A DNA stretch of 64,000 bases. Origin: Cetobacterium sp. (lineage in GTDB: Bacteria > Fusobacteriota > Fusobacteriia > Fusobacteriales > Fusobacteriaceae). Below the pieces are notes generated by a model, which was not told the DNA's origin, ran no database searches, and worked only from the letters and a program-made list of their open reading frames with translations. Both the position numbers and the translations under genes were made by a program. The stretch covers positions 40,678 through 104,677 of the forward strand of contig NZ_JBOFMZ010000035.1 in the NCBI RefSeq assembly GCF_051658645.1, written 5' to 3'. Below, piece by piece: positions 48,450-58,756 of the stretch (positions are counted from its first letter, which is position 1; each line of letters opens with the position of its first letter).

Positions 48450-51056
48450 ATGTTAACAGGTAACGAAATTAGAAGCAAGTTTATAAAGTTTTTTGAAGAG
48501 AAAAATCATAAGCACTTTGAAAGTGCGTCACTTATTCCAGATGATCCAACTCTTTTATTAACAGTAGCAGGAATGGTTCCATTTAAACCTTATTTTTTAG
48601 GGCAAAAAGAAGCACCAACACCAAGAGTAACAACTTACCAAAAATGTATTAGAACAAATGACTTAGAAAATGTTGGAAGAACAGCTAGACATCACACTTT
48701 CTTTGAAATGTTAGGAAACTTCTCTTTTGGAGATTATTTTAGAGAAGAAGCAATTCTTTGGTCTTGGGAATTTATAACAGAGATTTTAAAATTAGAAAAA
48801 GATAAATTGTGGGTTTCTGTATTCACAACAGATGATGAAGCAGAAAAAATATGGGTTGAAAAATGTAATTTTCCTAAAGAAAGAATTGTAAGAATGGGAG
48901 AATCTGAAAACTGGTGGGCAGCAGGAGCAACTGGATCATGTGGACCATGTTCAGAAATACATGTAGATTTAGGAGTGGCTTATGGTGGAGACGAAAACTC
49001 TAAACTAGGAGATGAAGGAACAGATAATAGATTTATTGAAATTTGGAACTTAGTATTCACTGAGTGGAACAGAATGGAAGATGGATCATTACAACCACTT
49101 CCAAAGAAAAATATAGATACGGGTGCAGGATTGGAAAGAGTAGCAGCTATGGTTCAAGGCAAATCTAATAATTTTGAAACAGATTTAATCTTCCCTATAG
49201 TTGAAGAAGCAGCAAGACTTACAAAAACTAAGTATGCAGTGGATTCTAAAATAGATTTTTCTTTAAAAGTAATAACAGATCATTCAAGAGCAGTAACATT
49301 CTTAATTAATGATGGAGTTATTCCATCTAATGAAGGAAGAGGTTATGTTTTAAGAAGAATTCTAAGAAGAGCAGTAAGACATGGAAGAATGTTAGGAAGA
49401 AAAGAGTTGTTCATGTTCCAAATGGTTGATAAAGTTGTAGAATTGATGGAAGAAGCTTATCCAGAATTAAGAAACAATATTGAACATATTAAAAAAGTTG
49501 TTAAAATTGAAGAAGAAAAATTCTCTAATACATTAGATCAAGGAATTCAATTAGTTACAAATGAAATAAAAGATGCTAAAGCAAAAGGTAAATCAAAACT
49601 ATCAGGAGATATAACGTTCAAGTTATATGATACATATGGATTCCCTTATGAATTAACAGAAGAGATTTGTGAAGAAAATGGAATTGAAGTTTCAAATGAA
49701 GAGTTCTTAGAAAAAATGCAAGAGCAAAGAGAGAAAGCAAGATCTGCAAGAACTGTTATAATGGAAAAAGGTCAAGATAGCTTTATAGAAGAATTCTATG
49801 ATAAGCATGGTAAAACAGAATTTACAGGATACTCTGACTTAATGACTTCAGCAACACTTTTAAGTGTAAGAGAGCTAGAAAATAATAGATATGCTTTAAT
49901 ATTTGATAAAACACCATTCTATGCTGAATCAGGTGGACAAGAGTCTGATAATGGAATTGTAGAAGGAGAAAACTTAGTTGCAAAAGTAATAGAAATACAA
50001 AAGCAAAAAGAAATCTATACTCATATAGTTCAAGTTGAAAATGGAGTTGAAGAATTGATTGAAGGAACAATACTTAGCTTAACTGTAGATCCAGTAAGAA
50101 GAGAAGAGATTGCTAAAAATCATACTGCAACTCACTTGTTACACCAAGCTTTAAAAGATGTTTTAGGAGCGCACGTTCAACAAGCAGGATCATCTTGTGG
50201 TGCTGATAGATTAAGGTTTGACTTTAATCATTACGAAGGATTAACTTCTGAAGAGTTGGAAAAAGTTGAAAAAGCTGTAAATGAAAGAATATTTATGGCA
50301 ACATCAGTAAATGCAAATACAATGTCAATGGACGAAGCGAAATCAAAAGGAGCAACAGCTTTATTTGGAGATAAATATGGAAATGAAGTTAGAGTTGTAA
50401 CTATTGGTGATTATTCAATGGAACTTTGTGGAGGAACTCATATAAGCAACATAAGTAAGATTGGTATGTTTAAAATAGTTTCAGAGGCAGGAGTAGCAGC
50501 AGGAGTAAGAAGAATAGAAGCTCAAACAAGTTATAAAGCATACTTGGCTGTTTTAGAAATAGAAAAAACTATGAAAAAAGTAGCTAAAAATTTAAAAACT
50601 GATTTAAACAAAATAGAAGAAAGATCTGAAAAAGTTGTTGAAGAATTAAGAGATCTATCTAAAGAAGTTGAAATATTAAAATCTAAAGTTGCAACATTTG
50701 AAGTAAGTTCGTTATTTGATGAAGTTGAAGAAATAAATGGAGTTAAGGTTTTAATAAAAGATTTTACAAACAAAGAAGCAGATTCGTTAAGAGAAATCGT
50801 AGATAAAGCTAAAGATAAATTAGGAAGTTGTATTGTAGTTTTAGGTTCAAATAATGAAAAAGCAGTATTTGCTATTGGAGTTACAAAAGACTTAATTGGA
50901 AAAGCAAAGGCTGGAGATTTAGTAAGAGAAGCAGCGAAAATAGCAGAAGGAAATGGTGGAGGAAGACCAGATTTTGCACAAGCTGGAGGAAAAGATGGGG
51001 CAAAAGTGAAAGAAGCTTTAGCTGCAGTGAAAGAAATACTAGTAAATTCACTATAA
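48450..51056 (+). CDS. alaS: Alanine--tRNA ligase
   Basis: RHHTFFEMLGNFSFG, IDTGAGLER, HTATHLLH and ELCGGTH editing motifs, GGGRPDFAQAGG. Confidence 0.98.
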   Translation: MLTGNEIRSKFIKFFEEKNHKHFESASLIPDDPTLLLTVAGMVPFKPYFLGQKEAPTPRVTTYQKCIRTNDLENVGRTARHHTFFEMLGNFSFGDYFREEAILWSWEFITEILKLEKDKLWVSVFTTDDEAEKIWVEKCNFPKERIVRMGESENWWAAGATGSCGPCSEIHVDLGVAYGGDENSKLGDEGTDNRFIEIWNLVFTEWNRMEDGSLQPLPKKNIDTGAGLERVAAMVQGKSNNFETDLIFPIVEEAARLTKTKYAVDSKIDFSLKVITDHSRAVTFLINDGVIPSNEGRGYVLRRILRRAVRHGRMLGRKELFMFQMVDKVVELMEEAYPELRNNIEHIKKVVKIEEEKFSNTLDQGIQLVTNEIKDAKAKGKSKLSGDITFKLYDTYGFPYELTEEICEENGIEVSNEEFLEKMQEQREKARSARTVIMEKGQDSFIEEFYDKHGKTEFTGYSDLMTSATLLSVRELENNRYALIFDKTPFYAESGGQESDNGIVEGENLVAKVIEIQKQKEIYTHIVQVENGVEELIEGTILSLTVDPVRREEIAKNHTATHLLHQALKDVLGAHVQQAGSSCGADRLRFDFNHYEGLTSEELEKVEKAVNERIFMATSVNANTMSMDEAKSKGATALFGDKYGNEVRVVTIGDYSMELCGGTHISNISKIGMFKIVSEAGVAAGVRRIEAQTSYKAYLAVLEIEKTMKKVAKNLKTDLNKIEERSEKVVEELRDLSKEVEILKSKVATFEVSSLFDEVEEINGVKVLIKDFTNKEADSLREIVDKAKDKLGSCIVVLGSNNEKAVFAIGVTKDLIGKAKAGDLVREAAKIAEGNGGGRPDFAQAGGKDGAKVKEALAAVKEILVNSL

Positions 51057-51070
51057 TTGGAGGATATAAT

Positions 51071-51490
51071 ATGTTAAAAAGATATCTTTCTTTAGATGTT
51101 GGAGATGTAAGAATAGGAGTGGCAAGATCTGATCTATTAGGGATGTTAGCCACTCCCTTAGAAGTAATTGATAGAAGAAAAACAAAAGCAGTAAAAAGAA
51201 TTGCAGAGCTTTGTAGAGAGGAAAATACTAAATCTATAGTTATTGGAATTCCTAAAAGTTTAGATGGAACAGAAAAAAGACAAGCAGAAAAAGTAAGAGA
51301 GTTTATTCAAAAATTAAACAAATCAATTGAAGGATTAGAATTTTTTGAAATAGACGAAAGACTTTCAACTGTTTCAGCAGACAAGATGTTAAATGAAACA
51401 CATTTAAGGGGAGCTAAAGAGAAAAGAAAAGTAGTTGATAAGGTAGCAGCCGCTATTATACTACAAACCTTTTTAGATATGAAAAAATAA
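51071..51490 (+). CDS. ruvX: Holliday junction resolvase-like / pre-16S rRNA nuclease (RuvX/YqgF)
   Basis: LDVGDVRIG, IGIP, DERLST, VDKVAAAIILQ. Confidence 0.93.
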   Translation: MLKRYLSLDVGDVRIGVARSDLLGMLATPLEVIDRRKTKAVKRIAELCREENTKSIVIGIPKSLDGTEKRQAEKVREFIQKLNKSIEGLEFFEIDERLSTVSADKMLNETHLRGAKEKRKVVDKVAAAIILQTFLDMKK

Positions 51491-51506
51491 CGAAGTGGAG
51501 GCTAAG

Positions 51507-52727
51507 ATGAATTTTAAGGGGATGACAAAACTATTTTTTGTATTAGTGATACTAATATGTTCTTGGTGGTTGGCCGTTATTAAACCAACTAAACTAGGAT
51601 TAGATTTAAAAGGTGGAGTTTATGTAGTGCTGCAAGCTCAACCAGAATCTGGAACAGAGCTAGATGATGATGCAATGAATAGATTGATTGAAGTTCTAGA
51701 TAGAAGAATAAATGGTCTTGGGGTAGCAGAATCAGTGGTTCAAAGAGCAGGTACAGATAGAGTTATAATAGAGTTACCAGGAATAACAAATTCTGAAGAA
51801 GCAGTAAACATGATAGGAAAAACAGCTTTGATGGAATTTAAGATAATGAATGACGATGGAACACTAGGGACAACACTATTAACTGGTGGAGCCTTAAAAA
51901 AAGCAGAGGTTTCTTATGATAATTTAGGAAGACCTCAAATTCAGTTTGAAATGAATATAGAAGGAGCCAAAGAATTTGCTAAAATAACAAGAGAGAATAT
52001 AGGGAAAAGATTGGCTATAACATTGGATGGAGAAGTTCAAACAGCCCCATCGATTAATGGAGAAATTCCAAGTGGAAGTGGAGTTATAACAGGAAGTTAT
52101 ACTCCAGATGAAGCAAAGAAAACAGCAACACTGCTAAATGCAGGAGCATTACCAGTAAAAGCAGAAATAATTGAAACGAGAATTGTTGGAGCATCTTTAG
52201 GAGATGAATCAATAGCTCAAAGTAAAAGAGCAGGGCTTGTTGCAGTTGGATTAATTGCAGTATTTATGCTATTTATGTATAGATTACCTGGATTTGTAGC
52301 AGATTTAGCTTTAATTAGTTTTGGATTAGTAATGTTTGCAATGTTAAACTTTGTAGATGCAACTCTAACATTACCAGGAATAGCGGGGATGATTCTTTCA
52401 GCGGGAATGGCAGTAGATGCAAATGTGATTATCTTTGAAAGAATAAAAGATGAGTTAAAATTAGGAAGCACGATAGCAGGTGCTATCAAACTTGGATTTA
52501 GTAAAGGTATAGCGTCAATAATAGATGCGAATGTGACAACTCTATTAACAGCCCTTGTATTATTTATGTTTGGAACAGGAACTGTAAAAGGATTTGCAGT
52601 AACGTTAACAATAGGTACAGTAGCTTCAATGCTTACAGCTATATTCATAACAAAGGTTCTGTTAACAACATTGGTGAGTTTATTTAAAATAAAAAGAACA
52701 GAGTTCTTCGGTGTGAAGAGGGGGTAA
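51507..52727 (+). CDS. secD: Protein translocase subunit SecD
   Basis: LGLDLKGG, RRINGLGV, IIELPG, LTLPGIAG, AVDANVIIFERI, GFAVTL. Confidence 0.96.
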   Translation: MNFKGMTKLFFVLVILICSWWLAVIKPTKLGLDLKGGVYVVLQAQPESGTELDDDAMNRLIEVLDRRINGLGVAESVVQRAGTDRVIIELPGITNSEEAVNMIGKTALMEFKIMNDDGTLGTTLLTGGALKKAEVSYDNLGRPQIQFEMNIEGAKEFAKITRENIGKRLAITLDGEVQTAPSINGEIPSGSGVITGSYTPDEAKKTATLLNAGALPVKAEIIETRIVGASLGDESIAQSKRAGLVAVGLIAVFMLFMYRLPGFVADLALISFGLVMFAMLNFVDATLTLPGIAGMILSAGMAVDANVIIFERIKDELKLGSTIAGAIKLGFSKGIASIIDANVTTLLTALVLFMFGTGTVKGFAVTLTIGTVASMLTAIFITKVLLTTLVSLFKIKRTEFFGVKRG

Positions 52728-52731
52728 GTAA

Positions 52732-53673
52732 ATGTATATTGAGGTAATAAAGCACAGTAAAAGATGGATAACGTTATCAGCAATATCTTTTATAGTATTC
52801 CTGGGAATGTTTTTTGTAAAAGGATTAAATTATGGAATAGACTTTACAGGTGGTAGTTTAATCCAGTTGAATTATACAGATTCTATAACTTTAACAGATA
52901 TAAATAAAGAGTTAGATAGTTTAGCAGTACAGATCCCACAACTATCTTCAACAGCTAGAAAAGTGCAAATTTCTGCAGCTGATAATAATGTTATTATTAG
53001 AACAGCAGAAATGACTGAAGCTCAATCTCAAGAGTTATTATCAAAATTAAAAGTTATTGGAGAATATAAATTAGAAAGATCTGAAAAAGTTGGAGCTACA
53101 ATAGGTGAAGAATTAAAGAGTTCAGCTATTTATGCTTTAGTTATTGGAGGGTTACTAATTGTTTTATATATAACAATTAGATATGAATTCAAATTTGCTA
53201 TAGCAGGAATATTAACACTATTACATGATGTTACAGCAGCATTAGGAGTTATTGCATTATTAGGATATGAGATAGATACACCATTCATAGCAGCGATATT
53301 AACTATACTAGGATACTCTATAAATGATACAATTATTATATATGATAGAATTAGAGAAAGTCTTAGAAAAAAATCTGATTTAACTTTTGGTGAAGTATTA
53401 AACAAAAGTTTAAATCAAGTTTTAGTAAGATCTATAAATACTTCGGTAACGACTTTATTGGCGTTAGTGGCAATATTAATTTTCGGTGGAGATAGCTTAA
53501 GAACTTTTACAACAACTTTATTAGTTGGAATAGGAGTTGGAACATACTCGTCAATATATATATCAACACCATTAGTATATCTTTTTGAAAAGAAGAGAGA
53601 TGAAAATTATGAACCTAAAAAAGATGATGATGACGATAATGATTCACAATCTGAAGAGAAGATTCTAGTATAA
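52732..53673 (+). CDS. secF: Protein translocase subunit SecF
   Basis: GIDFTGG, VGATIGEEL, GYSINDTIIIYDRIRE, RSINTS, GTYSSIYI; acidic C-terminal tail. Confidence 0.96.
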   Translation: MYIEVIKHSKRWITLSAISFIVFLGMFFVKGLNYGIDFTGGSLIQLNYTDSITLTDINKELDSLAVQIPQLSSTARKVQISAADNNVIIRTAEMTEAQSQELLSKLKVIGEYKLERSEKVGATIGEELKSSAIYALVIGGLLIVLYITIRYEFKFAIAGILTLLHDVTAALGVIALLGYEIDTPFIAAILTILGYSINDTIIIYDRIRESLRKKSDLTFGEVLNKSLNQVLVRSINTSVTTLLALVAILIFGGDSLRTFTTTLLVGIGVGTYSSIYISTPLVYLFEKKRDENYEPKKDDDDDNDSQSEEKILV

Positions 53674-53677
53674 TAAA

Positions 53678-53698
53678 AAGCCACCTAAATGGTGGCTT
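53678..53698. terminator. Terminator-like hairpin between secF and alr
   Basis: AAGCCACC-TAAAT-GGTGGCTT; only TT follows on +, while AAAAA precedes it (a U-tract for the minus strand). Confidence 0.55.
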
Positions 53699-53727
53699 AA
53701 TCTACTTAATAAGAGTTGGAGGTAAAA

Positions 53728-54837
53728 ATGAGAACTTGGGCAGAGATAGATTTGGATAATTTAGAATATAATATAAAAAAAATTAAAAAGCTATCTCATA
53801 ACAAAAATATAATGGCAATTATAAAAGCAGATGCCTACGGAATGGGAGCAGTCACAATAGCAAAGGAACTTTCAGCTATGGGAGTAAAAATTTTTGGAGT
53901 ATCATCTTTAGAAGAAGGTATTGAATTAAGAAATAGTGGTATTGTTGATGAAATTTTAATTTTAGCAGGAACTTTTAATGAAGAGTTAAAAGAAGCTGAA
54001 GAAAAAGATTTACAAGTTACTCTGACGGATTTTTCTCAAATAGATTATATCTGTAAAAATAAGCTTTCATTGAAAGTTCATATTAAGATAGATACAGGAA
54101 TGGGTAGGGTTGGATTTACAGTAGAAGAAGGAAAAAAAATATTAGAAATATGTAAAAATAAAAAAATAGATATAATTGGAGTATACTCTCATTTGTCAGT
54201 TTCAGATGAGTCAGATGAAGAATCAAAAGACTATACAAAAAAACAGTTGGAAAAATTTAAATATTTTGAAAGTTTAAAAGAGATAAAATATATCCATATT
54301 CTTAATAGTGGTGGGATATTAAAATTTTCTGAAATTCCTCAGAGTAACTTAGTTAGAGCTGGAATAATTATGTATGGTGTCTATGGAGAGGGAATAATAG
54401 AAGATTTAAAAAGAGTTTTTACTTTGAAGAGTAGAATTCTTCTCCTTAAAGAACTAGAAGAGGATATAGATATATCTTATGGAAGAGTTGGAAAAGGTTT
54501 TAAAGGCGATATGATTGCAACGATAACGGTTGGATATGCTGATGGATTTAGAAGAGAGCTTTCAAATAAGGGTATGATAGAAATAAAAGGTATACCTTGT
54601 AAAATAGTAGGAAAAGTATGTATGGATATGTTAATGGTAAAAATACCACAAGAGTTAAGAGATAAAGTGAAAATAGGTGATGAGGTTATTGTAATGGGAG
54701 AAGATATTTTTGAAAAATCAAAAATTATCGGTTCATCAATATACGAATTATTTACAGGCTTAAGTAGAAGAGTTAATAGAGTCTATTTAAAAAATGGAGA
54801 GCCTCATCTAGTAAACAGTTTAATAGGAAAGATTTAA
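53728..54837 (+). CDS. alr: Alanine racemase
   Basis: AIIKADAYG (PLP Lys), KIDTGMGR, YSHL, ISYG (catalytic Tyr), GYADG, GKVCMD. Confidence 0.95.
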   Translation: MRTWAEIDLDNLEYNIKKIKKLSHNKNIMAIIKADAYGMGAVTIAKELSAMGVKIFGVSSLEEGIELRNSGIVDEILILAGTFNEELKEAEEKDLQVTLTDFSQIDYICKNKLSLKVHIKIDTGMGRVGFTVEEGKKILEICKNKKIDIIGVYSHLSVSDESDEESKDYTKKQLEKFKYFESLKEIKYIHILNSGGILKFSEIPQSNLVRAGIIMYGVYGEGIIEDLKRVFTLKSRILLLKELEEDIDISYGRVGKGFKGDMIATITVGYADGFRRELSNKGMIEIKGIPCKIVGKVCMDMLMVKIPQELRDKVKIGDEVIVMGEDIFEKSKIIGSSIYELFTGLSRRVNRVYLKNGEPHLVNSLIGKI

Positions 54838-54848
54838 AGGAGAAGAAA

Positions 54849-56033
54849 ATGGCAAGAGTAATATTAGAAGTAGGAAAAGAAAAAAAAATTAGGAATTTTT
54901 ATCCAAATGTTTTTAAAGATGAAATAGCGGATACATTTGGGAATATTGTAAATGGAGATATAGTTGAAGTTTGTACAAAGGATGGAGAAGTATTAGGTAA
55001 AGGATATGTTGCAGAAGCAACAAATGCTTTTGTAAGAATGTTAACAACAAAGGATGTAGCAGTAGATAAAACTCTTATATTAGAAAAAATAAAAAGAGCG
55101 TATGAAAAAAGAAAGCATATATTAGCAGAAACAAATTGTATAAGAGCTTTTTACTCTGAAGCAGATGGAATTCCAGGTTTGATTATTGATAAATTCGATA
55201 AATATGTATCTGTACAATTTAGAAATTCAGGATTAGAAGTAGCATTTAGACAAGAGATAATAAATGCAATAAAAAAAGTTATGAAACCAAAAGGTATATA
55301 TGAGAGAAGTGATGTAGAAAATAGAACTCATGAGGGTGTTGAGCAACAAACTGGAATCGTATATGGAGAAATTCCAGAGAGAATAATAATGGAAGATAAC
55401 GGATTAAAATATTTAGTTGATATAGTTGATGGTCAAAAAACAGGATTCTTCTTAGACCAAAGAGATTCAAGAAAATTCATAAGACCATTTTTAAACCATA
55501 ACACTAGATTCTTAGATGTATTCTCAAGTAGTGGTGGGTTTTCAATTGCAGCATTAAAAGAGGGATGTAAAAAGGTTGTTGCAATTGATAAAGAACCTCA
55601 TGCATTAGAACTTTGTAAAGAAAATTATGAATTAAATGGATTTACAAATGATTTTGAAACAGCTGAAGGAGATGCATTCTTAATGCTAAAAATATTAGCT
55701 AATAGAGGGGACAAATTCGATGTAATAACATTAGATCCACCATCATTAATTAAAAAAAGAATTGATGTTCCTAGAGGAAGAGATCTATTCTTTAGCTTAT
55801 GTGATCAAAGTTTTAAGTTGATTGAAGATGGTGGAATAGTGGGAATAATAACATGTGCATATCATTTAAGTCTTCAAGATTTAATAGAAGTAACAAGAAT
55901 GGCAGCTTCTAAGAATGGGAAATTGTTACAAGTTATAGGAGTAAACTATCAACCAGAAGATCATCCTTGGATACTACACGTACCAGAAACATTATATTTA
56001 AAAGCATTGTGGGTAAGAGTAGTAAATAATTAA
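54849..56033 (+). CDS. Class I SAM-dependent rRNA methyltransferase (RlmI-like)
   Basis: SEADGIPGLIID, GQKTGFFLDQR, LDVFS, LDPPS, YLK. Confidence 0.88.
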   Translation: MARVILEVGKEKKIRNFYPNVFKDEIADTFGNIVNGDIVEVCTKDGEVLGKGYVAEATNAFVRMLTTKDVAVDKTLILEKIKRAYEKRKHILAETNCIRAFYSEADGIPGLIIDKFDKYVSVQFRNSGLEVAFRQEIINAIKKVMKPKGIYERSDVENRTHEGVEQQTGIVYGEIPERIIMEDNGLKYLVDIVDGQKTGFFLDQRDSRKFIRPFLNHNTRFLDVFSSSGGFSIAALKEGCKKVVAIDKEPHALELCKENYELNGFTNDFETAEGDAFLMLKILANRGDKFDVITLDPPSLIKKRIDVPRGRDLFFSLCDQSFKLIEDGGIVGIITCAYHLSLQDLIEVTRMAASKNGKLLQVIGVNYQPEDHPWILHVPETLYLKALWVRVVNN

Positions 56034-56049
56034 TTAAGGGGGAATAATT

Positions 56050-56583
56050 ATGTACTTGGATATTTTAATAGCAGCAATACTCATATTTGCAATAATTGAG
56101 GGGCTAAAAGATGGATTTTTGTTACAATTTTTTTCAATATTTGGAATCTTAATAGATTTTATTATAGCACAAAAGTTTACTCCAATTATTATGGAAAAAG
56201 TATCTATAAGCCATAACGAAAACAATTTTTTATTGACTTATATAGGAGTATTTATAGCATCATATATTGCTATTGCTATTTTAATGTTTTTTATAGGAAT
56301 TATTTTAAAAGCTCAAAACAAAGGGTTGTTATCAAGAGGACTTGGTGGAATATTTGGATTTGTAAAAGGACTAATAGTTTGTATAATAGTTTTATTCTTA
56401 TTTAATTTTACGAATCAGAAATATTCGGCTCTAAAAAAATATGGAATTGGAAGTGCTACAAACGCAATATTTTTAGAAAAATCAAATTATTTAGATGATT
56501 ATTTACCCAAAGAGTTAAAGACACAATTGAACTATATAAAAGGAAAAGAGTTAGTAGAAAAATATTTTAATAAAATGTTTTAG
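56050..56583 (+). CDS. CvpA family membrane protein
   Basis: LDILI...GLKDGF, LSRGLGGIFGFVKG, hydrophobic segments. Confidence 0.85.
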   Translation: MYLDILIAAILIFAIIEGLKDGFLLQFFSIFGILIDFIIAQKFTPIIMEKVSISHNENNFLLTYIGVFIASYIAIAILMFFIGIILKAQNKGLLSRGLGGIFGFVKGLIVCIIVLFLFNFTNQKYSALKKYGIGSATNAIFLEKSNYLDDYLPKELKTQLNYIKGKELVEKYFNKMF

Positions 56584-56592
56584 GAGTGAGAG

Positions 56593-57672
56593 ATGAAAAT
56601 AATTGAAAAATATATATTGGGAGATGTAAAAAAACCAATAATATTTGGAGTATCTCTATTTACATTTATTTTTTTAATTGAAATAATAGTTTCTCTTATG
56701 GAAAATATAATTGTAAAAGGGATATCTTTAATTGATGTATTAAGAATATTATCATTCTATCTTCCTCCAATTTTATCTCAAACAATACCTATGGGAGTAT
56801 TTTTAGGAGTCATGATAACATTTTCTAAATTTACAAGAACTAGTGAAGTGACAGCTATGAGTTCTATTGGGATGTCATTAAAAGATATACTGAAGCCAAT
56901 AATAATATTGGCTTCAGTAATAACTCTTTTTATATTTTTTTTACAAGAAAGTATTATTCCAAGATCATTTCGTAAGTTAGAAGAAATTTCAATAAAAATA
57001 GCTTATGAAAACCCTGTATTTCAGTTAAAAGAAAGAATATTAATAGATGAAGTAGAAGAGTATAACTTATATATTGATAATATTGAAAGAAAAACAGATG
57101 AAGCTAATAACGTCTTGATATTCCAAAAAGATGATAAAAGCAATTATCCAACAATTTTGTTAGGAAATAAAGCTTATTGGAAAGATGTCAATATGGTATT
57201 AGAAGAATCAAAATTTTATACATTTAATCAAGATGGAACACTAAAAATAGAGGGTGAATTCAGCCAAAAAAAAATCCCATTAAGTTCATATTTTCAAGAG
57301 ATGAATATAGAAGTTAAGGATATTGAAGCTATGCCGATAAAAAAACTATTTAATAGTTTGAAAGAAAAAACTGAAAAAGAAAAAATTCCATTCTTAGTAG
57401 AAATAAATAGAAAAATAGCAATTCCATTATCAACAATCGTTTTAGCGATATTAGGAGTCGTATTATCAGTAGGTCATCATAGAAGCGGAAAAGGAACTAG
57501 TTTTGGAATAAGTTTAGGAATTATATTTACTTATATTGTATGTTTAAATGTAGGGATGGTAATGGCTAACAAAGGTGTTGTATCACCATATGTTGGAGTT
57601 TGGTTGCCTAATCTTTTATTAGTTTCTGGAACACTGCTTATATACAGAAGGAAATCAGGTGGTGCTAGATGA
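56593..57672 (+). CDS. lptF: LPS export permease (LptF/LptG family, LptF position)
   Basis: KYIL..., TIPMGVFLG, SEVTAMSSIG, AIPLS, W-LPN; six-TM layout with a periplasmic domain. Confidence 0.85.
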   Translation: MKIIEKYILGDVKKPIIFGVSLFTFIFLIEIIVSLMENIIVKGISLIDVLRILSFYLPPILSQTIPMGVFLGVMITFSKFTRTSEVTAMSSIGMSLKDILKPIIILASVITLFIFFLQESIIPRSFRKLEEISIKIAYENPVFQLKERILIDEVEEYNLYIDNIERKTDEANNVLIFQKDDKSNYPTILLGNKAYWKDVNMVLEESKFYTFNQDGTLKIEGEFSQKKIPLSSYFQEMNIEVKDIEAMPIKKLFNSLKEKTEKEKIPFLVEINRKIAIPLSTIVLAILGVVLSVGHHRSGKGTSFGISLGIIFTYIVCLNVGMVMANKGVVSPYVGVWLPNLLLVSGTLLIYRRKSGGAR

Positions 57673-58748
57673 AAAAGTTAGATATATATATAAGCAAAAA
57701 TTTTATCAAGTCATTTTTATTAAGTTTAATAGCTTTTATAAATATATTTATTTTAAGCCAACTATTTAAAATAATTAGATATATAACAGAAGGAAGAATG
57801 ACAATACTTCAATCACTAACTTATATTTTATACTTACTACCTAAAATATTTATAGAGGTAACTCCATTAGCAATACTTTTAGGTTCTTTAATGTGTATAA
57901 ATAAAATGGCATCTAATTTAGAAATTATATCTTTAAAAACATCAGGAATAAGTTTTAGAAGAATTGTAAGATATCCAATAATAATATCATTATTAATATC
58001 TTGTATTGTATTTCAAGTTATGAATAAAGTTTATCCTTCAACACTACTTAAGAGTAGAGCTTTAAGAGCAGGAAGAGAAATTTCTGAAAGGGTAATGCCA
58101 ATTACTAAAAAGAATGCTTTTTTAAGAACAGAAGAAAATATAGTTTATTATATAAAAAATATTGATAGAGTTAAAAATAGTGCTGAAACATTGCAAATAA
58201 TAAAATTAGATAAAGATTTTAAAAATATAGAAGAGATTATTACCGCTAAAAATGCAGAGTTTGATTCAAATAAAAATATTTGGAAACTTAAAGAAGTTGT
58301 AATAAACAATTTTAAAAACAAAACTCAAAAAACTAAAAAGAATTATGAAGATATTACTTTGAATAAAAATCCGAGTGAATTCATAACTATTCAAGGTGAC
58401 CCAGATGAATTAACCAATGCTGAAATAGCATCAGCAATTAGAAATATTCGTACAACAGGTGGAGATGTAAAAGAGCCAATGTCAGTTTTAGGAAAAAGAT
58501 ATTCTTTTCCTTTTGCTAGTTTTATAGTTTCATTTTTAGGATTATCTTTAGGAAGTAGATATGTAAGAGGAGCTTCAGCTATAAGTATTGCATTAAGTGT
58601 AGGACTTGGATATTCGTACTATATAGTGCAAGCATCATTTGAAGCATTAAGTGTAAATGGTATATTAAATCCATTTATAAGTGGATGGATTCCAAATGTT
58701 ATATTTTTAGGTTTAGGAATATATTTCATGAGGAAAGCCGAGTATTAA
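57669..58748 (+). CDS. lptG: LPS export permease (LptF/LptG family, LptG position)
   Basis: KLDIYI, TPLAILLGS, EIISLKTSGIS, SFPF, W-IPN. Confidence 0.85.
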   Translation: MKKLDIYISKNFIKSFLLSLIAFINIFILSQLFKIIRYITEGRMTILQSLTYILYLLPKIFIEVTPLAILLGSLMCINKMASNLEIISLKTSGISFRRIVRYPIIISLLISCIVFQVMNKVYPSTLLKSRALRAGREISERVMPITKKNAFLRTEENIVYYIKNIDRVKNSAETLQIIKLDKDFKNIEEIITAKNAEFDSNKNIWKLKEVVINNFKNKTQKTKKNYEDITLNKNPSEFITIQGDPDELTNAEIASAIRNIRTTGGDVKEPMSVLGKRYSFPFASFIVSFLGLSLGSRYVRGASAISIALSVGLGYSYYIVQASFEALSVNGILNPFISGWIPNVIFLGLGIYFMRKAEY

Positions 58749-58756
58749 GGAGGAGC

